Of a stretch of DNA of 64,000 bases, positions 18,293 to 27,634 are shown in pieces; position 1 is the stretch's first letter, and every line of letters starts with the position of its first letter. The DNA is taken from the IMG/VR virus record IMGVR_UViG_3300006094_000039, positions 5,230-69,229 of that record; one strand, given 5' to 3'. The position numbers and the translations under genes were made by a program. The DNA comes from a virus. The notes beneath the pieces are model-generated. The model was not told the origin of the DNA and did no database searches. It worked only from the letters and a program-made list of their open reading frames with translations.

Positions 18293-19945
18293 CTATTCTT
18301 CAGGCATAATGATTTTAGCCTTAACTCCTACCTGATCTAGTAGATATAGCAAACCACCGCCATCAATAAGCTCAAGTGGCTTATCCTTCCCAAATTCATA
18401 AGCATCCGGCCCATAACTGCTAGTTGCTACTATGATACCTTTGCTAGCACCTTCATTTAGCATGGTTCCATACAAGTCGCGTACTGCTGAAACACCTACG
18501 GTATTCTTGTACCTCTTAGCTTGGATTACTACTTTACCGCCAAGAATGGGGCGAGTATCAAAAGCAACTGCATCTACACCACCATCCTTAGATGCCCTTG
18601 TTAATTTTGTCTCAAGCCCCATTTTACCGAAAAGATTACTAACCAGGTTTTCAAACTCACCAGGAGTTAACTCCATCAGGTTTTGCCTAGAATCCATATT
18701 GCTTAAAACATCGCTTTGTTCTATGAAACGCTTATCAACCATATCGAATTCAACAACTGGCTTTACAGGTAATTGCTCATCAGGGCGAGATGATACCTGT
18801 GCGCCAAGATTTCTTAGGCAAACTAACTTATCAATCCGACCTAAGTTTAGCTCCATAAAGCTATCTATAGTCGTTCTTACGGAAACTAAGCAAGGGTGAG
18901 TATCCTTTCCTGTTGCAGGATCGGTAGTTGTAACAAAACCATTGAAGGTAACAACCTGAATATAGTTGCCTTGATCAGCTTCTAAGACTTCATGGATGGT
19001 ACGAATAGTAACTGCAGCTACAATATCCTGATACAAAGCTTTAATTTCGCTTGATTTTCTAGATTTTTCTCCAACAGTATCTTTCGTCTTATTATACTTA
19101 TATTCAGCTACACTAGGGATAGTATTGATCCAAGGTAGTTCATATTCAATTACCATCTCTTTTGATTCGGGTGCGTAAGCAAGGCGGAAGCTCTTTGCAA
19201 ATCCCTCCGGGTATTCAGAACGTTCTAAGACCATTATGGTATAGGCCTTTATTGCGGATGGATCTCCTGTCTTGTATGCCGCTTCCAGCTCGCTAACTTC
19301 TTGGTCGCGCTGTTGTACTTTTCTCAAGAATGCTTCACGGTTTACATCATGCTCTGCCTTTAGCTGCTCAAGTTTAGCCATCCTTTCAGATTCAGATGCG
19401 TTATAGGCTTTAAGAGCATCCTCATATTGGGCTTCTGCTGCCTGTACTTCACGTTGATGTCTGCCTTTCATTCCTAGTGCATTTTCTAGAAAACCCATTG
19501 ATTTTACGTTCTTCAAGAAATCCTGCTTATCAGGGCGAGGAACTGGAATGGTTAACCCCTGAGGTGGTTTAAAAGGCGGGAATTCTTCTTTCACTCTCAA
19601 TAAATCGAATTCAATAGTATCATCTATATCGAGAGTGTGCTCTAATATTTTGCTTAGTTCTAGAATATAGTTAGCTACTGCTACATTTTTCTCTTCGGTT
19701 TCTTCCATGCGGCTTGCAATGTATTGTTGTTTAGCCTCTTTCTCTAATTGCTTTCTTTCCCGCTCTGATTGGGCTAGCAGCCGTCTGGCTTCTATTTCAG
19801 CTTGTTTCCTTTGCCGTTCTATTGCCTTACGTTGTGCTTCTTGCTCTCTTAGTAGCTTCTTTTGGTTTATTGCAGCTTCACGGCTAACTCTAGCGGCATC
19901 ACGAGCAACAGCCTTCATCAAATTTGAGGTGAAACCATAAGCCAT
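18293..19945 (-). CDS. mrr: Mrr-family (type IV-like) restriction endonuclease with a long coiled-coil N-terminus
   Basis: C-terminal FENLV..LF, DGGVD, IQAKRY, VGVSAVRDL, KGIIVATS. Confidence 0.85.
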   Translation of the reverse strand: MAYGFTSNLMKAVARDAARVSREAAINQKKLLREQEAQRKAIERQRKQAEIEARRLLAQSERERKQLEKEAKQQYIASRMEETEEKNVAVANYILELSKILEHTLDIDDTIEFDLLRVKEEFPPFKPPQGLTIPVPRPDKQDFLKNVKSMGFLENALGMKGRHQREVQAAEAQYEDALKAYNASESERMAKLEQLKAEHDVNREAFLRKVQQRDQEVSELEAAYKTGDPSAIKAYTIMVLERSEYPEGFAKSFRLAYAPESKEMVIEYELPWINTIPSVAEYKYNKTKDTVGEKSRKSSEIKALYQDIVAAVTIRTIHEVLEADQGNYIQVVTFNGFVTTTDPATGKDTHPCLVSVRTTIDSFMELNLGRIDKLVCLRNLGAQVSSRPDEQLPVKPVVEFDMVDKRFIEQSDVLSNMDSRQNLMELTPGEFENLVSNLFGKMGLETKLTRASKDGGVDAVAFDTRPILGGKVVIQAKRYKNTVGVSAVRDLYGTMLNEGASKGIIVATSSYGPDAYEFGKDKPLELIDGGGLLYLLDQVGVKAKIIMPEE

Positions 19946-20260
19946 ATTATAGCCCTTCTTTTATCCGGCATATTATCTAGGAATATTAATCTTTTCTTAT
20001 GATGAGACTGAGACTCTCCCTAAATCCCTATTTCATTTGATATGCAAATTAGCTATGACGGAGCTATAGATAGCAAAGATAATTCAGTGGTTTAGCAAGG
20101 TTCTATCAGGGTTTAGCTTAGTCAAACCAACATCTGCAGATACTTAGTTTAGTAGTTTAGTATTAATAAAACACCATGTAGCACTAAAAAAGATGATTAG
20201 TCCAGAGATTATTTTTCTATACTTTAGCCACATGGAGGAAAACGGAAAAAGAGGAAAGGA

Positions 20261-20974
20261 TTAAAATCCCTGGCAAACTGCAGCACAGGGCATCCTGTAG
20301 CTGCATTTCAAGCATTTATTAGCTCCACCATTAAAGCATGGCAGAAATCTATCATCGCGATCAACAAATTTATGGAATAATCTCCTTCCCTTTATTAAAT
20401 CATCCTTTGTAACTTGAATTAATTTACCGTGCCTAATGTAAGCATAATACATGGGCAAAGGCTCACCCAGGAGCTGGTCTACCAGCATGCTATAGATATA
20501 GGCCTTAACAGGATAGCCATGTACCTTACCAGTCTTCCAATCTAAAATGAAGCATTGACCCAGATCGATTAAGTCCAGATATCCCAGAATATCCTCTCCC
20601 TGGGCCTGCCCCAGTAGCTGCTTTTCCACAAGAAGGTTATCTGAGATCTGCAGCTGTTGACACATATCCTTATAACTGCTCAGCCATTTCCTGGGGAGCC
20701 GTGGCATGGACCCATCCTGTAATGCCTGAGCGATTCTATCATGCATCTTCACACCCACTTTAGCAGCAGGGCCTGTAATCCCTGGGTAGCCCAGGTCATA
20801 CTTCAGCTGATGACTTCTGGAGCAGAACATCCAGGCATGGATTCTGGACGCTGAAATTCCATGAGGCAAACTCTCCTGAATCGTATTTTCCAAACCTTCT
20901 TCATTTAATGTCATCATCCTTCCTATAGCTACTAATGGTATTTGAGTTTTATCTAGTATTGCCATAGTTTCCAT
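20261..20974 (-). CDS. Cas4-like PD-(D/E)XK exonuclease (viral); probable start at 20917
   Basis: ISASRI..WMFC, GYLDL, ILDWKTG, C-terminal CLKCSYRMPC; GAAGG directly upstream of the ATG at 20917. Confidence 0.8.
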   Translation of the reverse strand: METMAILDKTQIPLVAIGRMMTLNEEGLENTIQESLPHGISASRIHAWMFCSRSHQLKYDLGYPGITGPAAKVGVKMHDRIAQALQDGSMPRLPRKWLSSYKDMCQQLQISDNLLVEKQLLGQAQGEDILGYLDLIDLGQCFILDWKTGKVHGYPVKAYIYSMLVDQLLGEPLPMYYAYIRHGKLIQVTKDDLIKGRRLFHKFVDRDDRFLPCFNGGANKCLKCSYRMPCAAVCQGF

Positions 20975-20987
20975 AAGGCTTATATAC
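20962..20987. promoter_or_regulatory. Operator in the divergent promoter between the Cas4-like and RHH genes
   Basis: CCATAG TTT CCATAA GGC TTATATA. Confidence 0.55.
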
Positions 20988-20992
20988 GAAGG

Positions 20993-21346
20993 GTGTCACT
21001 ATGGGAATCGGAGGTCAATATGCCTACTAAAGATAAACCCACCGCCCTGGAACCGAGGGAACAGAAAACCAGCATAGAGGTGACCCATGAGACCAGGGAT
21101 GAGTTGGCAAACTTAGCTCATAAAAAGGAGAGCTATAATGCCACTCTAAAAAGGATCATGAAAAGCCATAGGGAGTGTAGATGTGATTGGGTAAAAGCCA
21201 GAGCCCCAGATACAGGTGATGAAAAAGAGGTCCAGTTCATTGTTCTTGATTTCAGGACAAAGGGGCCTAAAGAGTCCACCAGGGAGTTTGTGGACAGAGT
21301 AGTGGAGGAACAACTAAAGCAAGTTGGCATCAGTCTGAGAGAATAA
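20993..21346 (+). CDS. Ribbon-helix-helix-like transcriptional regulator
   Basis: TSIEVTHETRDELANL..KKESYNATLKRI resembles archaeal RHH antitoxin/regulator families. Confidence 0.6.
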   Translation: MSLWESEVNMPTKDKPTALEPREQKTSIEVTHETRDELANLAHKKESYNATLKRIMKSHRECRCDWVKARAPDTGDEKEVQFIVLDFRTKGPKESTREFVDRVVEEQLKQVGISLRE

Positions 21347-21368
21347 GAGGCTGGTGCCTCTAAGGGAG

Positions 21369-21461
21369 GAGCGCAGGCAGCCTTGCCTGAATCCTGAAAT
21401 GAATAGCAGCCCTCTGAGGTTAGCTGATGGACCTTTAGGCACTAAGGGCTGTCTGCCGCTC
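21369..21461 (+). ncRNA. Candidate structured leader RNA (long irregular hairpin)
   Basis: GAGCG/CGCTC, CAGGCAGCCTT/AGGGCTGTCTG and GCCTGAA/TTTAGGC pairings in an intergenic gap. Confidence 0.4.
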
Positions 21462-21477
21462 TAGATCGTTAGCATAA

Positions 21478-23217
21478 TTGAAAGGAGAATTAACAATGAC
21501 AGAGGATATTGTCGACGTATTAGCTGCGAAATTCCAGGTGCCTAAGTTCTATGTCCAGCTGAAGCTGATGAGACAGGGAGAAGATCAGCCTGGAATAGAG
21601 GCTTCCATAACTGAAGATCTGGCAGTGGTAAATAAGATAGCCTCTGACACTGGTCAGGCAGAGCCAAAGGTTAGGCGTGATTTCTTTGGGCAGCTTCAAG
21701 CGTATAGGTCTGACTTTGAAGAGTGGAGTGGCCCTATCACGCCAGAAGAGATGATCCTAAGAGGCTTAAGACCCCTGCAGGAGAAGAGATATGTGGGAGC
21801 TAAGCCTAAGCTGGCTGTGCTCCTAGAGATGGGGAAGCCCCAGAAATCCTCCAGGAATTCGACTTATAGGAGGGTGACTTTCCTGGTAGAGTCTGATATT
21901 CCAGGCTCTGCATGGGATCTGATCAGGACTAATCTCTGGGGATCTGTCCTTGAGGTAAAAGTGGGAGAGGCCTGTCATGTCATTCTGGAGAAAAACCAGG
22001 GATGGATCAATATCAAAGAATGTGAACCTGCAGATCACAGTGAGCTGCCTGATGTCATCCCAGGAGATCCCAGACATAAGGTCATGATTTTGGGAGTCTC
22101 TCCAATTAAGAGCAGGAAGGGAGCCAGGGATGATGGTTCAGAGTACGAATTTGAGACCACCTTTGTGACCTTGCTGGTCCAGAATCCAGAAGATCCGGAC
22201 ACTACCATAGTCCTGGAGGGCAGCTCTACATTTGCCCAAAGGTGGCATGAAGCTCCTAATGATAAGGTCCTTAACACTATTATTACCCAGGCAGAGACTG
22301 AGAGTGGAGTCTTCTGCAATGTGGGAGACTGGCAGGAGAGCAAAGACCAGACACCTCTGAGCTGGCCCGAAGTGGAGACTCTAACTGATTTCAGCAAGGA
22401 GATCATAGAGGACCATGTTGGAGGCTACGTGATCCTGGATGGGACACCCACCTCCATAGTAGAGAAAGAGGGAGCCAGAGGGCCATTCTATGTTATGGAG
22501 ATCCATAATTTCCTGACAGGATCAGATACCTCCATGATGCTCAGAGAGAGTGCCTTTGTGGAAGGAGGAGTCTATGAGGTCGTAGAAGGCAGGCCCTACT
22601 TCCTGGCCAACAGGGTGAAGGCCCTGGTGAGGATCTCAAAGTATATTGACCAGAATGAGAAGGAGAGGACCTCCAAGATGGCCCTAGCTCTCTGGAATAT
22701 GGACTCTGTGCTGCCTGACCTCCCTGAGGATCTGGGAGAGGATGAGATTCCAGAGGTTCCAGTGGAGGAGACTCCAGAGACCCCTATGAAGGAAGCTCCA
22801 TCTGAGGAGATCAGGCCAGCTCAGAAGGAGGCTGTGGATGCTGGCATCATAGATCAGGAGGAGGCAAAGGCAGTCTCCCAAATTCTGAATAAGTCCCAGG
22901 CTAACACTCCTGGAGTTGGTCATTCTCATGATGTTGCAGGGGAAACAGAAGCCCCTTTATCTGCCCAGGGCCAGACAGATGTACCCCAGACACATCCTGT
23001 CCAGGAGGCCCCTGCCCCTACATCTAAGAGGACATCTGCAAAGAAGACTACTGGTGGTCTCAGGCAGAAACAGCTTCCTGCAGAGAAGGGAGAGAAGAAG
23101 GCTGAGGCTTCTGCAACGAAGGGAGCCATAACCTCATCAGAGCAACAGAGGATCGATGCATTGAGGTCCAGGCTGCAGCAGAAGGGAGCCCAGAAGACCA
23201 CAGAGACCCCTCTGTAA
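21478..23217 (+). CDS. Probable ssDNA-binding (RPA-like, multi-OB) protein with an acidic, disordered C-terminus
   Basis: RRVTFLV...IRTNLWGSVLEVKVGEACHV resembles an RPA OB fold; located just upstream of the polymerase. Confidence 0.5.
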   Translation: MKGELTMTEDIVDVLAAKFQVPKFYVQLKLMRQGEDQPGIEASITEDLAVVNKIASDTGQAEPKVRRDFFGQLQAYRSDFEEWSGPITPEEMILRGLRPLQEKRYVGAKPKLAVLLEMGKPQKSSRNSTYRRVTFLVESDIPGSAWDLIRTNLWGSVLEVKVGEACHVILEKNQGWINIKECEPADHSELPDVIPGDPRHKVMILGVSPIKSRKGARDDGSEYEFETTFVTLLVQNPEDPDTTIVLEGSSTFAQRWHEAPNDKVLNTIITQAETESGVFCNVGDWQESKDQTPLSWPEVETLTDFSKEIIEDHVGGYVILDGTPTSIVEKEGARGPFYVMEIHNFLTGSDTSMMLRESAFVEGGVYEVVEGRPYFLANRVKALVRISKYIDQNEKERTSKMALALWNMDSVLPDLPEDLGEDEIPEVPVEETPETPMKEAPSEEIRPAQKEAVDAGIIDQEEAKAVSQILNKSQANTPGVGHSHDVAGETEAPLSAQGQTDVPQTHPVQEAPAPTSKRTSAKKTTGGLRQKQLPAEKGEKKAEASATKGAITSSEQQRIDALRSRLQQKGAQKTTETPL

Positions 23218-23230
23218 ACTTTATTTTTAG

Positions 23231-23596
23231 GTGGTTATCATGGAAATAATACGCTTCTTTAGTGGACCCTCTCTTCCTCAGAAGAATGAGGCCACACCCA
23301 TAGGTGAGGAGATCAGGATCTATCTCGATGGTGAAGAGGTCTGTGCCATCATGGGAGAGATGCCTAATGAGATAGGCTCAGGGTGGTCCACTTCTATGGT
23401 CACAGCTTTAGGTAATCTGGCTGCAGAGCTAGATAGCAAAGAGGAGGAGATCTCCTGGCTAAAAGAAGGCCCTGTTTACGCTGTGGTCATGTCAGAAGGA
23501 GGTCCTCAGGCCCAGGGAGAAACACCCATAGATGCCCTGATCAGCCTGGCAAAGATCCTCCTGGGAATGGACTGGGAGCCTAACCTGGAGGCCTGA
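23231..23596 (+). CDS. Protein with two HicB-like repeats
   Basis: AQGETPIDALISL and GSGWSTSMVTALGNL halves. Confidence 0.45.
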   Translation: MVIMEIIRFFSGPSLPQKNEATPIGEEIRIYLDGEEVCAIMGEMPNEIGSGWSTSMVTALGNLAAELDSKEEEISWLKEGPVYAVVMSEGGPQAQGETPIDALISLAKILLGMDWEPNLEA

Positions 23597-23598
23597 GA

Positions 23599-26500
23599 AT
23601 GCAGATGGAGGGGCTCAAAGAGCTGGCTCAAAAGGTCAGGCAGTGCAATGTCTGCAAACTGGAAGGCCATGTGGTAGGCACCATAATAGGAGATCCTGAT
23701 AGAGTGGATCTCCTATGCGTTGGTGAAGCTCCTGGAGAGAAAGAGATGGAAAGAGGGGTCCCCTTTTGTGGGCTTTCAGGTCACATAATCAGAAAGCTTC
23801 TGGCAGAACTGGGCTTGGAGAACTATGCCATGATCAACGTCCTGAAGTGTCATACTCCAGGAAACAGAGTGCCTCAGGCCCAGGAGATTAATTCCTGCCT
23901 ATCATTCCTGAAACAGCAAATAGAGTATATTCAGCCTAAGCTGATCCTGGCTTTGGGCAAGACCGCCCACAAGGCCCTGGATGCCCTGTGCATTGAGCAT
24001 AAACATGTCTATCACCCTGCCTATTTGCTGCATAGCGGATATCCTGAGGAGAAGTATAGGTCAGATCTGCTAACAGTCCTAACCTATCTTTTCGAAGAGT
24101 CACCAGAGACCAGACCGCCCCAGGTCCCTCAGATCCCACAGCTCCACTGTCATAGTGACTTTTCTGTGGGAGACTCCATCAGGAGTCCTGAGGACATGGC
24201 AAAGGTGGCAGCAGACCTAGGGATTACTCATCTGGCTCTCACAGATCATGGCACTATGGCTGGAGTCTATCAGTTTGAATCCGCCTGCAGGAAGCATGGA
24301 ATCCAGCCGATCATTGGCTATGAGGGCTATGTAATGGAGGGGCTGGGTGAAGATATGAAAGCCACCTTCATCATTACTCCTCAACCTAGACAGGCCAATA
24401 AAAGAAGCGGAGGGACAAAGACCACCTGGTTTGTGGATTTAACTTTTGGAAGCTATCATTCCTCTTTAGACTTGGGCTTAGTAGATGATTTCCCTAAAGC
24501 AGATGACGCTATCGCCCTGATCCCAGAGAGGTTTAAAGAATGGGTGTCTGGAGGGAAAAAGAAGAAAGAGCCTAATGCAATTAAGAAACTTAGAGAGGAA
24601 GGCTATACAGAGTTTGATTATACTTTTACAGGAAGCCAGTCAGAAGGTCCTGGGAAAGGCCACATGACCATCTGGGTCAGATCACCAGAGGGTTGGAAGA
24701 ACCTGGTCCACCTCCATAATGATGCTGTAGTGAATCATTTCAAGAGGAAGCCCTTGATCCCACTGCAACATCTCATAGAGCATGCCCAGGGCCTGGCCTT
24801 TGGCACTGCCTGCAGAGGTGGGCTGCTCTTCCAGAAATGGATAGAGAACCCAGAGGAGGCAGAGGCTTGGCTTCTGAAGACCTACAGCCAGGTCCTGGCA
24901 GCTGGAGGAGAGATGGTCATTGAGATCATGCCTCATCCAGCCCTGGAACTGCAGCATGACTTTAACAGATGGGCTTATGCTCTGGGTCTGAGGGAGGGAA
25001 TCCCAGTGATTGTCACCTGTGACTGCCATTACACATCCCAGGAGGAGAGGGCTCCTAAGGTGGCAGCAGCGTCTATTATCTATAAAGACAGGGCTCTTGT
25101 CCAGAAAGAGGATTACTTCCCAGGCAACTCATATTATTACCAGAACGAATCAGAGGTCATAGAAAACCTGGGGCTGGCTACAGAGGAGGCCAATAATGTT
25201 ATTGCGGCTACCAGGGAGTTTGCTGATGACTTTGATTTCTCTTTGCCAAGAGAGTTTCCCACACCCAAGGAGTGTGTGGCTCATATCGATTTTAGGCAGC
25301 TAGTAGATGAGAAGTTTGAAGCTTTCCTGGAGATAACTGGAGAGAAAGAGCTGGGGCAGATGGGTGGAGTCCAGGCCTTGGCTGACAGAGTGGAGATGGA
25401 ATATCAGAGGATAACAAAATCTGATTTTGCCTGGTATTTCCTTATTGAATATGAGCTATGCCAGAGGCTGGATAAGGCTGGCATTTTGAGAGGCCCTGGC
25501 AGAGGATCAGCATCAGGAAGCTTCATTAGCTATATCCTGGGCATCACCAGGATCAATCCCATAACCCAGAAGCTACTCTTTGAGAGGTTCCTCCCTGAGG
25601 GCAGGAAGGACCCGCCTGATTTTGATTTAGATGTCCAGAAGTCCAGGAGACAGGAGGCTATTCAGATCCTGGGTGATATCGTTGGCAGGCAGACAGCTCA
25701 GATCTCCACCTATGCCAGGTGGCATGAGAAGCTCATGATCCGAGATGCATGCTGGCTGAAGAAGATTGACCAGGAGGCCTATGAGACTGATAAGCTATCA
25801 GACGAAGTATCTGAAAGCATTAGAATGCTAACAGATCAGCTGGATGGACATATCAGACATAAAGGCATCCATGCAGCAGGCGTGGTAGCTCTGCCCGATA
25901 TTGCAGAGACCATTCCATTGACCAGGGTGAAGAAAGATGGAGGAGGCCTAGCCATAGAGCTGGAGCTGAGGGATATTCTGGAGCTGAACATTCCTAAGTT
26001 TGACGTGCTGGGCCTGGATACACTGGACTTCATTGCAGGGATGCTGAAGCCCAGGACCTCTGTCTCTGAGGGAATCGACCTTCCTGTAGCCATGAAACAG
26101 CTGGACTGGGAGCTTCATCAGCTGTCAGATGAGGATATCTCTGATATGCTGGTCTTTGCCAGGCTCTATCCTTATGGCATCTTCCAGCTGGGCACTCAGG
26201 CTGGAGAGCAGCTCATGAAAGAGGTCCCTCCCGAGCACTTTGAGGATGTAGTCAGGATAGTGGCCCTCAATAGGCCCGGCACCAGGCCTCTCATCGATCT
26301 TTACAGAAAGAGAAGGATAGAGGGAGAGGCCTATGAGCCCATGCAGGGCACTGAGGACTCCTATGGCCTGATCATCTACCAGGAGCAGGTTCTGAAGGCT
26401 CTGAATATCATCTTTGGCATGAGCATGCAGGAGGCAGACCAGGCCAGGAGAGCCATCTCGAAGAAGAAGCTGGATAAGCTGCAGGCCCTGGAGGAGGGCA

Positions 26501-27546
26501 CTTTGAAGGATCAGCTTAAGGACCCTGCCAAAAAGAAGCAATGGGATGAGATTCTCCTTTGGGCTGGTTACGGATTCAATAGAAGCCATGCCGTAGCTTA
26601 TGCATGGGTCTCCCTCATGACCATCTTTCTAAAGATACTGGACCCAGCTCTCGCTCTAGCTACCTGGATGAACATTAAGACAGAGGGCAAAGAGAGAAGG
26701 GAGATCCTCCGAGAGGCCGATAGGATGAAGATCCCCATCAGAAGGCCCAGCTTAAAAGAACCACAGCTGGAGACCACTGGTGATAGGGGAGAGATGCGCC
26801 TGGGATTGACCTGCATAAAAGGCATAGCTCTAAAAACTGGCCAGCAGCTCATGGAAAGACTTCAGTCTGGCAAGCCTCTTACAGATGCCAAAAAGAAGCT
26901 CTTTGAGGCCACAGGCTGTCTTGATGGAAGATTTGTAGAGCTTAAGGATTATGCTCTGATTCCTCTGCCTCACTATAAGACAATTAACTCCAGACCCCTT
27001 GCTCAAATGGAAGAAGGTGAGATCATGAAGGCCCAGGTCATTATTGAGGCCACTATGCAGGACTTCACTATAGAGGACGGCTCTGGGATCTTCAGAGCGA
27101 AGAGTCAGATCCCTGATCTGGAGGATGGTTTCAGGAACGTCTTGATCTATAAAGGAGCCTATTGGTATTACATCCTGGAAGAGCTGCAGGGTAAAGAGGA
27201 GAATGGAGAAAAATGGCATCTGAAGCCTATACCCAGAGGTCAGTGGAGAGTAGGGCATATCCAGGGTCCCTTCAGGTCTAAAGCCGAGAACGATTACTTC
27301 AGGATGGTCATTTACAATGACTTTGAGGCCCATGAGTGCATAGCAATGGACTCAGAGAGGATTAGGCCATTGAGGTGGTTTAAATCAGTTCCAGGCATTA
27401 TCTCTGTTACCCAAACTGGAGGCAAATTCTTCAGGGTCAGCGATAATGAAAATATTCCTTTCCTGGCTCAGGATATCTTCCAGAATCCCAGGGCTCATAG
27501 GTTCTCTATTTTTGACAGGCCTCTGGAAGTCTATGAGGAGGATTAA
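23599..27546 (+). CDS. dnaE: Family-4 uracil-DNA glycosylase fused to a family C (DnaE-type) DNA polymerase with PHP domain
   Basis: UDG: CNVC, GEAPG, NVLKC, LGKTA, YHPAY. PHP: HCHSDFS, TDHG, TCDCHY. Polymerase: GRGSASGS, PDFDLD, HAAGVV, KFDVLGL, YQEQ, YGFNRSHAVAY. Confidence 0.95.
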   Translation: MQMEGLKELAQKVRQCNVCKLEGHVVGTIIGDPDRVDLLCVGEAPGEKEMERGVPFCGLSGHIIRKLLAELGLENYAMINVLKCHTPGNRVPQAQEINSCLSFLKQQIEYIQPKLILALGKTAHKALDALCIEHKHVYHPAYLLHSGYPEEKYRSDLLTVLTYLFEESPETRPPQVPQIPQLHCHSDFSVGDSIRSPEDMAKVAADLGITHLALTDHGTMAGVYQFESACRKHGIQPIIGYEGYVMEGLGEDMKATFIITPQPRQANKRSGGTKTTWFVDLTFGSYHSSLDLGLVDDFPKADDAIALIPERFKEWVSGGKKKKEPNAIKKLREEGYTEFDYTFTGSQSEGPGKGHMTIWVRSPEGWKNLVHLHNDAVVNHFKRKPLIPLQHLIEHAQGLAFGTACRGGLLFQKWIENPEEAEAWLLKTYSQVLAAGGEMVIEIMPHPALELQHDFNRWAYALGLREGIPVIVTCDCHYTSQEERAPKVAAASIIYKDRALVQKEDYFPGNSYYYQNESEVIENLGLATEEANNVIAATREFADDFDFSLPREFPTPKECVAHIDFRQLVDEKFEAFLEITGEKELGQMGGVQALADRVEMEYQRITKSDFAWYFLIEYELCQRLDKAGILRGPGRGSASGSFISYILGITRINPITQKLLFERFLPEGRKDPPDFDLDVQKSRRQEAIQILGDIVGRQTAQISTYARWHEKLMIRDACWLKKIDQEAYETDKLSDEVSESIRMLTDQLDGHIRHKGIHAAGVVALPDIAETIPLTRVKKDGGGLAIELELRDILELNIPKFDVLGLDTLDFIAGMLKPRTSVSEGIDLPVAMKQLDWELHQLSDEDISDMLVFARLYPYGIFQLGTQAGEQLMKEVPPEHFEDVVRIVALNRPGTRPLIDLYRKRRIEGEAYEPMQGTEDSYGLIIYQEQVLKALNIIFGMSMQEADQARRAISKKKLDKLQALEEGTLKDQLKDPAKKKQWDEILLWAGYGFNRSHAVAYAWVSLMTIFLKILDPALALATWMNIKTEGKERREILREADRMKIPIRRPSLKEPQLETTGDRGEMRLGLTCIKGIALKTGQQLMERLQSGKPLTDAKKKLFEATGCLDGRFVELKDYALIPLPHYKTINSRPLAQMEEGEIMKAQVIIEATMQDFTIEDGSGIFRAKSQIPDLEDGFRNVLIYKGAYWYYILEELQGKEENGEKWHLKPIPRGQWRVGHIQGPFRSKAENDYFRMVIYNDFEAHECIAMDSERIRPLRWFKSVPGIISVTQTGGKFFRVSDNENIPFLAQDIFQNPRAHRFSIFDRPLEVYEED

Positions 27547-27577
27547 ACCCTCCTCAAGATACCATTGAAGGAAATAC

Positions 27578-27599
27578 TTTAATACTATAGCAACTATGG
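27578..27599 (+). promoter_or_regulatory. TATA box plus operator upstream of tmk
   Basis: TTTAATA CTATAG CAA CTATGG. Confidence 0.7.
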
Positions 27600-27634
27600 C
27601 AGTACTATCTTACTATGCATAAGGTAGTGATCCC

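Noticed and set aside
20080-20165. Four GTTTAG copies as a possible mini-CRISPR or iteron array
   Set aside because: Too short and irregularly spaced, with no repeat-spacer structure
20261-20974. Cas4 as evidence of a CRISPR locus
   Set aside because: No other cas genes or array; solo Cas4-like nucleases are common in viruses
24340-24660. Intein in the polymerase
   Set aside because: No intein terminal residues and no LAGLIDADG motifs
27460-27546. Clamp-binding motif at the polymerase C-terminus (QDIF, FSIF)
   Set aside because: Matches neither QL(S/D)LF nor the PIP consensus well enough
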